Numbered from the stretch's first letter, positions 39,911 to 50,174 are shown. The stretch is 64,000 nucleotides of DNA from Candidatus Falkowbacteria bacterium (GCA_963774955.1 CAVZGV010000006.1:8354-72353), one strand, 5' to 3'. Numbers and translations are program-made. Notes: generated by a model not told the origin, from the letters alone.

Positions 39911-40690
39911 TTACTGTAACGGAAACTCCCAACTATTTGAGTTTTCGTCATATTTAGCTATAACTTGGCCGGATTTTTGTCCACGATTATTGGAATACAC
40001 AATTCTTATAATGTTTGTATCCCCGCGGTCAATTGCCACATTTGTCTTCAAACCAGCCAAACTGAAAAAATATTCAACATCAGGAATACCGGCTAATCCC
40101 AATTTGAGCGTCAACAACTTCCCGTCTTTATCTTCTGTTCTTTCTTGTAAGAATAAAGTTTCTGCTGTACTTTCTTTTAAAGATGTAGTCTCTTCTATTG
40201 AATCCTCATTTTTTGAAATAACAGCGGCTATTTCTTTCTCAGAAAAAAATATTGCAGTATCCAGGTGGATATCTTCTTCAGCTATAACTTTTGTCTTCCC
40301 CTGACTCGGTGTCATTATAATATTTTTCTGTTCTTCCAGCGCCTCCCACAGTACAAGTTTATTAATAGACCATCGGGCTCTGGGCATAGACTCTATTTCA
40401 TTCATTTCAGCATCAATTATTTCCAGCTGTTTTTTTATTTTTTCGGGATTCGCCTCAATTCTATCAGTAGGTACCTCGTTTATCTTCTGCAGATATTTTT
40501 TCAGCTCCAAATAAAAGTTTAAAGCTTTACTTTGATTGCCCCCATTTTCTGCAGCCGTAGCTTCCTCAATCATAGCCATGACTTTTTCTTTTTGTTCCGG
40601 CGTCAGCTCCATTTCTTTCACCCGACCCAAAGCCTGCCTAGCCATTTCCAGCTCTTGTTTTTTATCAATTTTTGGCTGTTCTCGTTTCAT
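39911..40690 (-). CDS. Paralog P3 (N-module + short beta-module)
   Basis: …ELEMARQALGRVKEMELTPEQKEKVMAMIEEA… and a C-terminal …GKLLTLKLGLAGIPDVEYFFSL…. Confidence 0.65.
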   Translation of the reverse strand: MKREQPKIDKKQELEMARQALGRVKEMELTPEQKEKVMAMIEEATAAENGGNQSKALNFYLELKKYLQKINEVPTDRIEANPEKIKKQLEIIDAEMNEIESMPRARWSINKLVLWEALEEQKNIIMTPSQGKTKVIAEEDIHLDTAIFFSEKEIAAVISKNEDSIEETTSLKESTAETLFLQERTEDKDGKLLTLKLGLAGIPDVEYFFSLAGLKTNVAIDRGDTNIIRIVYSNNRGQKSGQVIAKYDENSNSWEFPLQ

Positions 40691-40710
40691 AATTTATAAC
40701 TTTATACTTA

Positions 40711-42174
40711 TTATATTACCTCCTCATCTTCTTCCTCATCAGTAGCTTCTGTATCAAATACCTTACATCCGATAGGCACCTGCTGATGAATTTTTTCAAG
40801 TTCACTGTCTGATAACTTATTATTATAGCAGGTCACTCTTTCCAAATTGATTAAATTGCTTAAATCCGGCAGAAATTCCAATTCATTGTTTGGACAATTT
40901 AATTCTTTAAGCTTAGTCAACTCTGATAAATCCGGCAATTTTTTAAGCTTATTTTTTCCGCAATGTAATTGCACCAAATTTTTCAAAGCTGAAAGTTTTG
41001 GCAAACTTTCCAGGTGATTACCAATGCAGTTCAAATTCTTAAGATTCTTAAAACCGCTTAAATCCGGCAGACTTGCTAATTCATTGTCTGCGCAAACTAA
41101 AAGCTCTAACTCCGCTAAATGGCTGATATCCGGCATTACAGTCAAATTATTATGAGTGCACCATAAAATTCTAAGCTTAGTTAAAGCGCTAATATCCGGT
41201 ATTAGAGGACAATAATCACAAGTCAAATCTTCAAGATTTTTCAGCTGGCCAAGATCAGGAGCAACCTTAAAAGGATTTTTTGAAATTTCTATTGCTTTTA
41301 ACTGGGTTAAGGCGCTTAAATCGGGCAATTCAGCGAGATTATTACTCCCAATGTCTAAGCTTTCCAGGCCGGTAAAGACTCTTAGATCAGGCAAGCTTGC
41401 CAGTAAGTTACCGTGCAGGTCTAAGCTTTTAAGCTTAGTCAAGGCGCTTAAATCCGGAATGGTAATGAGGCCTTTTTTCACAACAGTATTAATATCTTCA
41501 TCTTTAGTTAACGCAAACAAATTAATCTTCAACCAGGTGATATTACCTTCGGAATCAGTATTAATTCCTGCTTCAATTATTTCCCAAATTTCATCACTGT
41601 CAGTACGTAATTCAGTTTTCAATTTAATATCAACAAGTTTTTCTTGTATCTCATATAAAACACAAAATTGCCGATATAAAACCCTGTATTCGCCTAATTC
41701 CATCTGCAATTTTGGTAACTTTGTCAGAAAATCACCCGATTCAATATTTTTATCGTATAATTTTATTAGTATAATATTGCCATCTTCATCGACTTCCAGC
41801 CCATTATCCAATATTATATTTACTGCCTCCTTTTCTGTCATACCTATCGAAGTTTTCACCATATTTGCTGCCAACTCCTGTAAAACCTGGACTTGCGGAT
41901 ATAAAATCTGATAGCCGCCGTAATCTACTAAAGTTGCCTCCATTTTACTCGCCATTTCATTTTCTTTTAGGGATCTGAGAAGCTCATTATATACTCTTAA
42001 AGCGCCGGCTAAATTTTTATTTTTCTCTAGTGCCTTGGCCTCGTCTATCATGGCCATTACTTTTTCCTTTTCGTCAGGAGTCAGCTCCATTTCCTTAACC
42101 CGACCCAAAGTACGCCTGGCCATGGCCAGGGACTGAGCTTCTTGATTGTTTAATTGCGGTTTTTCCTTAGGCAT
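40711..42174 (-). CDS. Paralog P4: N-module + leucine-rich repeats (~22-aa LPDLSxLxxLxxLxCxxNxLxx) + acidic tail
   Basis: MPKEKPQLNNQEAQSLAMARRTLGRVKEMELTPDEKEKVMAMIDEA… followed by at least 12 LRRs and ending …TDEEEDEEVI. Confidence 0.7.
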   Translation of the reverse strand: MPKEKPQLNNQEAQSLAMARRTLGRVKEMELTPDEKEKVMAMIDEAKALEKNKNLAGALRVYNELLRSLKENEMASKMEATLVDYGGYQILYPQVQVLQELAANMVKTSIGMTEKEAVNIILDNGLEVDEDGNIILIKLYDKNIESGDFLTKLPKLQMELGEYRVLYRQFCVLYEIQEKLVDIKLKTELRTDSDEIWEIIEAGINTDSEGNITWLKINLFALTKDEDINTVVKKGLITIPDLSALTKLKSLDLHGNLLASLPDLRVFTGLESLDIGSNNLAELPDLSALTQLKAIEISKNPFKVAPDLGQLKNLEDLTCDYCPLIPDISALTKLRILWCTHNNLTVMPDISHLAELELLVCADNELASLPDLSGFKNLKNLNCIGNHLESLPKLSALKNLVQLHCGKNKLKKLPDLSELTKLKELNCPNNELEFLPDLSNLINLERVTCYNNKLSDSELEKIHQQVPIGCKVFDTEATDEEEDEEVI

Positions 42175-42200
42175 ATATAATTTTAGACAATTTTAACCCA

Positions 42201-43325
42201 CTAAACTTTACCGTCAGCTTTTAATTTATTCCAGACTCCAATCATGCTTGGCGGACCGACCAGACAATGGATCAGTTCAGCCACCTCGCCTACAGACAAT
42301 TGGTCGGGATCTTTTTTTGCCTGCAAACGCCATTGCCAAGCTTTGTCGCTATTGACGTAAGCCAGACTATGCAATATCTCAACAGGATATCGTGTAATCT
42401 CCTTATTACGCTTATTTATCGGATATTCTTGCAAATATGTTGACCTGAATTTCCAGGCATCTTCGCTATCCAAGCCAACCAAACTGGTAAGTATTTCCTG
42501 CGGATTTTTCCTTTCTGCCAACATCTGACGCCGTATTTGCCAGGCTCTCTCGCTGTCCAAACCGGCTAAACTAGCTATTACCGCTTTGGGTAAAGACCCT
42601 ACATATTCGTTTCTTATTTTCCAGGCTTGCGGCGTGTCCAAACCGGCCAATCCCTCAATAATTTTACTTTTAATATTCTCACTGCAGGCGTCACTTTCTA
42701 AATAATCATTCCTATGGTTCCAAGCCTGGGGTGAATCGATTCCCGCCAAACTCATGGCAAATTTTATATCATATGAATCGGGAGAAGAAAATAATTCTTT
42801 TCGTTTTAACCAAGCTTTTTCACTATCCAAACCAGCCAGACTATTTGCATAATCAAGAGAGCCTTCCAATTTGTTTCGCAATTCCCAGGATTCCTCATCA
42901 TCCAGACCAACCAGACTTTTTATAACAGATCTTCTATCAATCTCCTCGTCACTTTTGGCATATTTCCTTCTGATTTCCCAAGCTTGTTCACTCTCAAATC
43001 CCATAATTTTTGATAATACACTATATTGGGACAATTTATATTTAAGCTGTAAATCAGCCAAAAAAGAAATCACCCGCTGTTCATATTCATAGGGCATTTC
43101 CGGGCTTTTTATTTTTTCCAAATATATTTTTAATTTATTGTAGGCATTAAGCGCTTTAGACAGCTGTTTAACCTTTTCATATCCCTTAGCTTCATCAATC
43201 ATAGCCATGACTTTTCCCTTTTCCTCCGGTGTCAAATCCATTTCCTTGACCCGACCCAAAGTCTGCCTGGCCATGTCCAGGGCTTGAGATTCAGGACTAT
43301 TTGATTGAAGTTTTTCTTTGGGCAT
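42201..43325 (-). CDS. Paralog P5: N-module + ~32-aa ARM/HEAT-like repeats (SLAGLDSExAWxxRxxxL)
   Basis: MPKEKLQSNSPESQALDMARQTLGRVKEMDLTPEEKGKVMAMIDEA… followed by about 8 repeats. Confidence 0.7.
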   Translation of the reverse strand: MPKEKLQSNSPESQALDMARQTLGRVKEMDLTPEEKGKVMAMIDEAKGYEKVKQLSKALNAYNKLKIYLEKIKSPEMPYEYEQRVISFLADLQLKYKLSQYSVLSKIMGFESEQAWEIRRKYAKSDEEIDRRSVIKSLVGLDDEESWELRNKLEGSLDYANSLAGLDSEKAWLKRKELFSSPDSYDIKFAMSLAGIDSPQAWNHRNDYLESDACSENIKSKIIEGLAGLDTPQAWKIRNEYVGSLPKAVIASLAGLDSERAWQIRRQMLAERKNPQEILTSLVGLDSEDAWKFRSTYLQEYPINKRNKEITRYPVEILHSLAYVNSDKAWQWRLQAKKDPDQLSVGEVAELIHCLVGPPSMIGVWNKLKADGKV

Positions 43326-43330
43326 ATTTA

Positions 43331-44452
43331 TTAGTAACTACTTTCTTCTTCATCCTTTCTTGCTTTGCGCACACCGGCCATAAGATAATCGCCATTGACT
43401 CCCCTAGCAACAGCATCTTTATCTGCGCCTTGTTTTAAAAATTTTTTTCTCATTTGCCAGGCCCGCTCTGAATCCAGTCCGGCTAAACCTCTAGCAATAT
43501 AATCTATACTTGTAAATTCCCATAATAATTTTTGCCTCATTTGCCAGGCTTGCTCGGAATCCAATCCGGCTAAGCCTAGAGCAACATAATAACTTATATC
43601 TGGGACGTCTTGCTCTAATAATTCTTTCCTCATTTGCCAGGCTTGCTCGGAATCCAATCCGGCTAAGCCTGAAGCAATACCTTCACCTGCATCTTTCTCT
43701 AAAAATTCGTTTCTCATTTGCCAGGCTTGTTCTGAATCCAATCCGGCTAAACCCTCAGCAACAGCATCTTTATCTGCGCCTTGTTCTAATAACTCTTTTC
43801 TCATTTGCCAGGCTTGCTCTGAATCCAATCCGGCTAAGCCTCTAGCAACATATTCTTTTCTTGCGCCTTGTTTTAATAACTCTTTTCTCATTTGCCAGGC
43901 TCGCTCGGAATCCAGTCCGGCTAAACCTTGAGCAACATAACCTTTTGTTGTGCCTTGTTCTAATAATTCATTTCTCATTTGCCAGGCCTGTTCTGAATCC
44001 AGTCCGGCTAAGCCTAGAGCAACAGCATCTTTATCTGCATCTGCGCCTTGTTCTAATAACTCTTTTCTCATTTTCCAGGCTTGCTCGGAATCCAGTCCGG
44101 CTAAGCCTTGAGCAACATATTCTTTTCTTGCGCCTTGTTTTAATAACTCTTTAAAATAATCAAGGGGCTTAGCCTCTAATTTTTCTTTTTCAATTCTTAA
44201 TTTAATATCTTCTTTTTCTTTTTCAATTCTTAATTTAATATCTTCCAAATATTTTAATAATTGGTTATAAACATTCAGGGCTTTAGACAATTGCTTTGAA
44301 TTTTCGTAACTTGTGGCCTGATCAATCATGGCCATCATTTTTTCATGCTGTTCCGGCGTCAGATTCATCTCTTTCACCCGACGCAAAGACTGCCTGGCCA
44401 TGTTCAGGGATTGCGATTCAGAATCTCCGCTAGGTAAATTTTTATTCTTCAT
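43331..44452 (-). CDS. Paralog P6: N-module + about 9 near-identical 29-30-aa tandem repeats (GLAGLDSEQAWQMRKELLEQGADKDAVA)
   Basis: …SQSLNMARQSLRRVKEMNLTPEQHEKMMAMIDQA… The DNA repeat unit is about 87-90 bp and highly identical. Confidence 0.7.
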   Translation of the reverse strand: MKNKNLPSGDSESQSLNMARQSLRRVKEMNLTPEQHEKMMAMIDQATSYENSKQLSKALNVYNQLLKYLEDIKLRIEKEKEDIKLRIEKEKLEAKPLDYFKELLKQGARKEYVAQGLAGLDSEQAWKMRKELLEQGADADKDAVALGLAGLDSEQAWQMRNELLEQGTTKGYVAQGLAGLDSERAWQMRKELLKQGARKEYVARGLAGLDSEQAWQMRKELLEQGADKDAVAEGLAGLDSEQAWQMRNEFLEKDAGEGIASGLAGLDSEQAWQMRKELLEQDVPDISYYVALGLAGLDSEQAWQMRQKLLWEFTSIDYIARGLAGLDSERAWQMRKKFLKQGADKDAVARGVNGDYLMAGVRKARKDEEESSY

Positions 44453-44461
44453 ATAAAATCA

Positions 44462-45196
44462 TTATTTAATAGTCCACATATCTGAATCCTCATTGTAATC
44501 AGCAAAGCCATTCATGGTCGTATCCATTGGATTCTTAAAATCAATATGAAATTCCGTTATTTCTGTTTTAATTATTCGTTCAGGAAATTTTTTACTTGCC
44601 TGTTTCACGCTGAAAGCGTAATTAAATTCCGGGCTTCCCACCACGGAAAAATTCAGGTTCATTATTCTGCCGTTTTCATCAACCTGTATCTTTTCAAGCA
44701 TAAAATTATACAGGGGCAAATCTACAACCTCTGCTATAAATTCATGAATTTCATCAATGGAAAATTTATGTTTGGAAATTATTTCATTATTTTCATTTAT
44801 TACCTTTTCCACCGCGCGTTTTCCTTCAATAAGTTCTTTCTGTTTTTCAAGTTCGGCGCGCATTTTTTCTCTGACTTTGGGGATTACACCGGTATTTGTC
44901 TCGTTTTTTTCTATAGCTTCCTCAATTTTTTGCAGCTGCCGCCTGATTATTTCCGGCGATACCGGAGATCCCTCACTCTTAATAATTTTTAAAAACCTTA
45001 AAAGCTTGTTATAAGCATTCAGTGCCTTGGAAAGTTCTTTGTTTTTTTCATATTCTTTAGCTTCGTCAATAATCGCCATGATCTGTTCTTTCTGTTCAGG
45101 CGTCAAATCTAAGTCCTTCACCCGGCCCAAAGACTGCCTGGCCATGTTCAGGGACTGAGTATCGTTCCCTTTTAGTTGTTCACTTAATTTTGACAT
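44462..45196 (-). CDS. Paralog P7 (N-module + short beta-module)
   Basis: …TQSLNMARQSLGRVKDLDLTPEQKEQIMAIIDEA… and a C-terminal …GRIMNLNFSVVGSPEFNYAF…. Confidence 0.65.
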   Translation of the reverse strand: MSKLSEQLKGNDTQSLNMARQSLGRVKDLDLTPEQKEQIMAIIDEAKEYEKNKELSKALNAYNKLLRFLKIIKSEGSPVSPEIIRRQLQKIEEAIEKNETNTGVIPKVREKMRAELEKQKELIEGKRAVEKVINENNEIISKHKFSIDEIHEFIAEVVDLPLYNFMLEKIQVDENGRIMNLNFSVVGSPEFNYAFSVKQASKKFPERIIKTEITEFHIDFKNPMDTTMNGFADYNEDSDMWTIK

Positions 45197-45201
45197 ATAT
45201 T

Positions 45202-46365
45202 TTAACTTTTTTCTTTATTGATTACTTTACATCCTTTGGGCAATTTAAGGGCTGCCCTTTTTATCTGTAACCAGCTTAAATTATTGCCAAAACAGACCAA
45301 GCGCTGCAATTTTTTATTTGCGCTTAAATCAGGCAGTTCATCTAATAAATTTTTTGACAAATCAAGTTCCTGCAAATTTACCAGCTGGCTTAAATCGGGT
45401 TTTTCTGTCATAGTATTTTTACTCCATAATAATATCTCGAGTTTTTTCAGATGACTAAAATCCGGAAGCTTAACTAAATGGCAGCCCCGGCAGGAAAGGA
45501 ACTTCAAATTATCCAAACCGGTAAAATCCGGAGAGAAAAGCTTAAGCTCATCGCAGGTCAATTCCTCTAGCTTTGACAAGGTCCTTAAATCAGGGAATTT
45601 GTTGGCTACGCATTCGCTAATATCCAATTTTCTAAGACTTGTTAATTTGGTCAGATCAGGAACTTCAGTATCTCTGCAGGAAAATTGTTCCAGATCCCGC
45701 AAGGCACTGATATCAGGGGTGTCCTTAAATCTGGTGCCATCTAAATTCAAATTTTTTAATTTTTTTAAATTACTAAAATTAATGGGTTCATAGTCCCAAA
45801 AATTATGTGACAGATCCAACTCCTGCAGCTCCTTCAACTCGCTTAAATCGGGAAACTTTAAAAAAAGGTTACGGGTCGAACCGTCTGTAAAAAAATTCAC
45901 CCATTTTATATTTTCCCCGTCATTTTCCGGATTATACAAAGATAATTTAAACTTCACAATATTGCCATTTTGAACTTTAATGTTGTTCTTGATCAAGCCC
46001 CTTATTTCCTCTACATCTTTTTTGTCACCGACAGCTTCAAACAAATCCTCCAAATATCTTTCATACGCTAATAATACTTCCGCCTGTTTGCTTTTTATTT
46101 CAAAACCTTCATAGTTTATAATATCTTTACCTTCCTTAAGCTCTCCTTCTTTTTGCTTTAAAAATTTCATGAGTTTATGATAGACATTCAAAGCCTTGGC
46201 TAAATCCTTATTATCCTCATGCGCTTTAGCCTCCTCAATGAAATTCATTACTTCCGTTTTCTGCTCCGGCGTCAGATCCATTTCCTTAACCCGACCCAAA
46301 GTCTGCCTGGCCATGGCCAGGGCTTGTATTTCCGTGCCTTTAATAGTTTCAGAGTTATTTTTCAT
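45202..46365 (-). CDS. Paralog P8: N-module + leucine-rich repeats
   Basis: …IQALAMARQTLGRVKEMDLTPEQKTEVMNFIEEA… followed by …LSELKELQELDLSHN… LRRs. Confidence 0.7.
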   Translation of the reverse strand: MKNNSETIKGTEIQALAMARQTLGRVKEMDLTPEQKTEVMNFIEEAKAHEDNKDLAKALNVYHKLMKFLKQKEGELKEGKDIINYEGFEIKSKQAEVLLAYERYLEDLFEAVGDKKDVEEIRGLIKNNIKVQNGNIVKFKLSLYNPENDGENIKWVNFFTDGSTRNLFLKFPDLSELKELQELDLSHNFWDYEPINFSNLKKLKNLNLDGTRFKDTPDISALRDLEQFSCRDTEVPDLTKLTSLRKLDISECVANKFPDLRTLSKLEELTCDELKLFSPDFTGLDNLKFLSCRGCHLVKLPDFSHLKKLEILLWSKNTMTEKPDLSQLVNLQELDLSKNLLDELPDLSANKKLQRLVCFGNNLSWLQIKRAALKLPKGCKVINKEKS

Positions 46366-46380
46366 TAAATAAAATATAAT

Positions 46381-47136
46381 TTATTTAAAATCCAGTTCTA
46401 AAGGGACAGCTTGACCAAAATCTATCTTAGAACCAAACCATTGTTTATTGCTCGCATTCCATTTCGCGACTGACCGTTTAATATTTGATTCTCTAAATTT
46501 ATCATCTAACTGTGATCTAAATATATTGTATGCAGATTCACCGAATCTGAAGGGATGATAATAAACGACAAAAACTACGGAGGGATCAGCCGCAATACCG
46601 ATATACAGCTGTACAATCTCATTTTTTTGATTAACCATGCCGTTATAGACAAAAAGATTTTCCGGACGAATATTTTCAGCAGCGCAAACTATTTTCATAA
46701 ATTGATCGGCTGTAAAAAACTTACTACCGATTAAATAGTCTTCATTCTTATCCACTGCATACTTTTCATCTTCTGTCCGTTCCAAAGCGACTAGCTGTTT
46801 TTCCAGGGCTTCTATATATGCTTTTTTATTTCCTATTCTAGATGTAGATATTTCATTAATTTTATTTTTTACCATTTCTGTTTGCCTTTCCTTCAATTTA
46901 TCCTTATCCGCAAAAACATTAACACTCTTAAGATACTCAGAAAGATTAAGGTAAATGTTCAAAGCTTTTGACTTATTCCCTACAGTTTCTGCGTCCTTTG
47001 CCTCGTCAATCATAGCCATAACTTTTTTGTGCTGTTCCGGCGTCAGATCCATTTCCTTAACCCGACCCAAAGCCTGCCTGGCCATTTTTAGTGACTGGGC
47101 TTCTGAAATTTCAGATTTTTCAATTCCTTTGTTCAT
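46381..47136 (-). CDS. Paralog P9 (N-module + short beta-module)
   Basis: …AQSLKMARQALGRVKEMDLTPEQHKKVMAMIDEA…. Confidence 0.65.
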   Translation of the reverse strand: MNKGIEKSEISEAQSLKMARQALGRVKEMDLTPEQHKKVMAMIDEAKDAETVGNKSKALNIYLNLSEYLKSVNVFADKDKLKERQTEMVKNKINEISTSRIGNKKAYIEALEKQLVALERTEDEKYAVDKNEDYLIGSKFFTADQFMKIVCAAENIRPENLFVYNGMVNQKNEIVQLYIGIAADPSVVFVVYYHPFRFGESAYNIFRSQLDDKFRESNIKRSVAKWNASNKQWFGSKIDFGQAVPLELDFK

Positions 47137-47160
47137 AAAAATAATTTCGATACAAACGTG

Positions 47161-48765
47161 CTATTTTTCAACTTGGATCACTTCTCTTACATAGCTATTA
47201 TCCCGCTTGGCAATGAGATAGACGCGCTTATCATCACCGGCTACGGCGTTGAAATGATAGATTGTTTCATATTTCTGGCTGATTCTTTGGCCTTGGACAT
47301 TAACCATAAAAAACTGGCCGTCATTTTCAACCTTAAAAAACATTCGTCCGTTTATCTTTTCGGGGATATATACCTTATCATATTGAGCCCCAATTCTTTG
47401 GCCTTGATCATTAATTAACATTGATTTGCCCTCTGACCTGGCAATAAAAAAAAGTTTATTGCCAATATCTGTCAGTGAACTAACATCATCATATAGCGCA
47501 CCGACTCTTTGGCCTTGGTCATTGACTACAAACCACTTACCATTTATCTTGGCCTTGAAAACTATTTTACCGCTAATATCCTGAGGGTAGCCTGTATCAT
47601 CATACTCCTCACCGACTTTTTGCCCCTGATCATTGATAATAAAACACCTACCCTTATCCTGAACCTTAAAAGCCATTTTACCGCCAATATCCACAGGAGG
47701 GTTTACGTACTCATATTCACCGCCGACTCTTTGGCCTTGATCATTGACTACAAAATTTTTATTACCTGTTTTGGCTGTAAAAGCTATTTTACCGCCAATA
47801 CCCACCAAATAATCTACCTTATCATAAATACCTCCGACTTTTTGTCCTTGGTCATTGACGATAAACCACTTGCCGTCTTTCTTGGCTCTAAACGCAAGTT
47901 TGCCACCGATATCTTGGGGGTCGTCTATGTCTTCATATTCATCGCCCACCCGTTGCTCCTGGTCATTGATAACAAACCACTTATCATTTTTTTTAGCTTT
48001 AAAGGCCAGCTTGCCGCTGATATTTTTAGGCTCACCTACTTTATCATATCTGGCGCCAAATGTTTGACCTTGTTCATTGATTATAACCTGAGTTTCCTTC
48101 TTTCTAACCTGTTTGCTCGCCCTAAAAAATATTTTTCCCTCAATATATTCCAAACTGTCCACATAATCATATTTATGACCGATCCTTTGTCCTTGGTCAT
48201 TGACTATAAACCATTCACCATCACTTTCAGCGCTGAAAGCAAATTTATCACCATCCTGACAGATATCCTCTATGTCGTCATATTTATCTCCAACCTGTTC
48301 GCCCATATCATTAACGATTAGCCACTTGCCGTCTTTTTTGGCTTTAAAAACTATCTTACCGTTAATATTTTGAATTTTGTTATCGTCTACATCTTCATAA
48401 TCTCCTCCGATTTTTTCTCCTTTTTCATTGACTACAAAAATTTTATCTTCTTCCTTGGCCTTAAAAAATATTTTAGCGTTGATATCCTGAGGATTCCAAA
48501 CAGAATCAAAGGAACTTAAATCCACCCCAAATTCCTTAATCTTTTCATTAATTTTCTGCAAAAATCTTACCAGACGCTGATAGACTTTAAAGGCTTGCAA
48601 CTTTTTCTCTAAAATTTCATATTCACTAGCCTCATTAAGCATAGTCATCATTTTTTCTTTTTCTTCAGACGTTAAAGCCATCTCCCTGGTGCGCCCCAAA
48701 GCAGCCCTGGCCATTTCTAGGGACTGATTTTCAGAATTATTCAATTGTGATATTTCTTTTGACAT
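47161..48765 (-). CDS. Paralog P10: N-module + at least 10 tandem ~46-aa WG-like beta repeats (GKxxFKAKxDGKWFIVNDQGQRVGxxYDDV)
   Basis: The start is placed at MSKEISQLNNSENQSLEMARAALGRTREMALTSEEKEKMM… The ORF-track upstream extension overlaps repeat element 1. Confidence 0.65.
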   Translation of the reverse strand: MSKEISQLNNSENQSLEMARAALGRTREMALTSEEKEKMMTMLNEASEYEILEKKLQAFKVYQRLVRFLQKINEKIKEFGVDLSSFDSVWNPQDINAKIFFKAKEEDKIFVVNEKGEKIGGDYEDVDDNKIQNINGKIVFKAKKDGKWLIVNDMGEQVGDKYDDIEDICQDGDKFAFSAESDGEWFIVNDQGQRIGHKYDYVDSLEYIEGKIFFRASKQVRKKETQVIINEQGQTFGARYDKVGEPKNISGKLAFKAKKNDKWFVINDQEQRVGDEYEDIDDPQDIGGKLAFRAKKDGKWFIVNDQGQKVGGIYDKVDYLVGIGGKIAFTAKTGNKNFVVNDQGQRVGGEYEYVNPPVDIGGKMAFKVQDKGRCFIINDQGQKVGEEYDDTGYPQDISGKIVFKAKINGKWFVVNDQGQRVGALYDDVSSLTDIGNKLFFIARSEGKSMLINDQGQRIGAQYDKVYIPEKINGRMFFKVENDGQFFMVNVQGQRISQKYETIYHFNAVAGDDKRVYLIAKRDNSYVREVIQVEK

Positions 48766-48775
48766 ATTTAATTTT

Positions 48776-48865
48776 GGGCGAAAACGGCTGACGGCAAGGA
48801 CCTCTATATGTAGAGACGCGCTGCAGCACGTCTCTACCGTCCGCAAACAACAGCCGTTTTCGCCC
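48776..48865. repeat. GC-rich nested-palindrome intergenic element, copy 1 (GGGCGAAAACGGCTG…GTAGAGAC-N-GTCTCTAC…CAGCCGTTTTCGCCC)
   Basis: Outer 15-bp IR and inner 8-bp IR. GC content contrasts sharply with the AT-rich flanks. Closely related to copy 4. Confidence 0.8.
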
Positions 48866-48884
48866 TAGCAATTACTCTTCATTT

Positions 48885-50174
48885 TTATTCATTTATTAAC
48901 CTTTCGACATTTTCCACCACCCGGTAATATTTCCCGTTTTCAAAACAAATATACATAATTTTCTTGCCGTCAGGACTCCAGGCAACCGTATCAATCTGGA
49001 CATTTTTACCGACTGCCTCTCGGTCATTTATAAAAATCGTCCAGCTCCAAACCTGGTCCTGCACCACTGCGGCAATATTATTGCCGTCAGGACTGTATAA
49101 TATCCTTTCAATGTCAGTAAATTCATTTTCCCAAATCCGACGCCCATTTTCCACGAGAGTATAAGCTTCATCTCCTTTTTTGATCATCGCCGCAATGGCA
49201 ATTCTTTTACTGTCAGGACTATAAACCGGACCGCACTTGCAATCTTCGTAATAATCTACCCAAATCAGCTTATCATTTTCAGCCACGCTATAGCCTTTTG
49301 CATCGTCCAAATAAACAATAGCCACCTTTTTACTATCGGGACTGAATACCGGATAATTACACTCAAAAAAATGATGATCCCATTTTTTACCGTTCACGAT
49401 AATCCCAAAATCATCCGCATCAATCACGCCGCAGGCAAATTGCTGATTATCAGGGCTTAGGGTCGGCCTTTGATAATAATCCGTATCTGACTCTAAAATT
49501 ATTTCCTGATCTTTAATTATTACATCCTTAACAGTCTTATAAACAGGGGATTCATTTCCGTCTTCGTCTTTTTCCATATGATCAATGGCTTTATTTTCTC
49601 CTTTGGCAATGACAGATTTGGCATTGGGTGAAAAAAAGGCCTCCATTTCATCATAATTTTGCGGCCAAATTTCACTATTAACAGCTAGTCCCGCTTTACC
49701 CTGCACAGTCTGAAATCCCACCAAGATAGACTGGCCGTCAGGGCTTATTCTTCGGCTATCGTAATTAATATGAGGAAAATTTCTATTCCACAATGTCTTT
49801 TCATCCTTAACCAAAATTTCACCCGCAGGTCCCTTTACTTTAAAAAGATAATTTTCACCGTCAAGAGAAAATTCAGGAGATTCAATATTTTCCTGGCCGT
49901 GCATTTCTTTCAATTCATGCCAATCAATAATCAAACGCTTGCCTACTTCCCAGTCCCACCGTTCTTTCCAGCGTTCGGCTAAGGGTATTTTTAAATTAGC
50001 CTTGATGGATTCTAAGAATTCCAAAAGTTCCCTGTAAACTTTCAGGGCTTTGACTTTATTTTTTGCAGTTTCAAATTCTCTGGCTTCATCAATCAGATGC
50101 ATCATCAGTTCTTTTTCCTCAGCAGTCATTTCCAACTGATTTATCTGATGCAGACGCTGCCGCGCCATGGCCAT
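48885..50174 (-). CDS. Paralog P11: (5'-eroded) N-module + TolB-like beta-propeller (YSPDGxxIA repeats)
   Basis: MAMARQRLHQINQLEMTAEEKELMMHLIDEA… An upstream in-frame remnant VKEKPQPQSPDEQF has no start codon (1-nt frameshift relative to an ATG). Confidence 0.65.
   Translation of the reverse strand: MAMARQRLHQINQLEMTAEEKELMMHLIDEAREFETAKNKVKALKVYRELLEFLESIKANLKIPLAERWKERWDWEVGKRLIIDWHELKEMHGQENIESPEFSLDGENYLFKVKGPAGEILVKDEKTLWNRNFPHINYDSRRISPDGQSILVGFQTVQGKAGLAVNSEIWPQNYDEMEAFFSPNAKSVIAKGENKAIDHMEKDEDGNESPVYKTVKDVIIKDQEIILESDTDYYQRPTLSPDNQQFACGVIDADDFGIIVNGKKWDHHFFECNYPVFSPDSKKVAIVYLDDAKGYSVAENDKLIWVDYYEDCKCGPVYSPDSKRIAIAAMIKKGDEAYTLVENGRRIWENEFTDIERILYSPDGNNIAAVVQDQVWSWTIFINDREAVGKNVQIDTVAWSPDGKKIMYICFENGKYYRVVENVERLINE

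Noticed and set aside
43380-44160. Possible CRISPR array, based on regular ~88-bp near-identical repeats.
   Set aside because: The repeats are in-frame within a long ORF, continuous with no unique spacers, and encode a coherent helical repeat protein. No cas genes are present.
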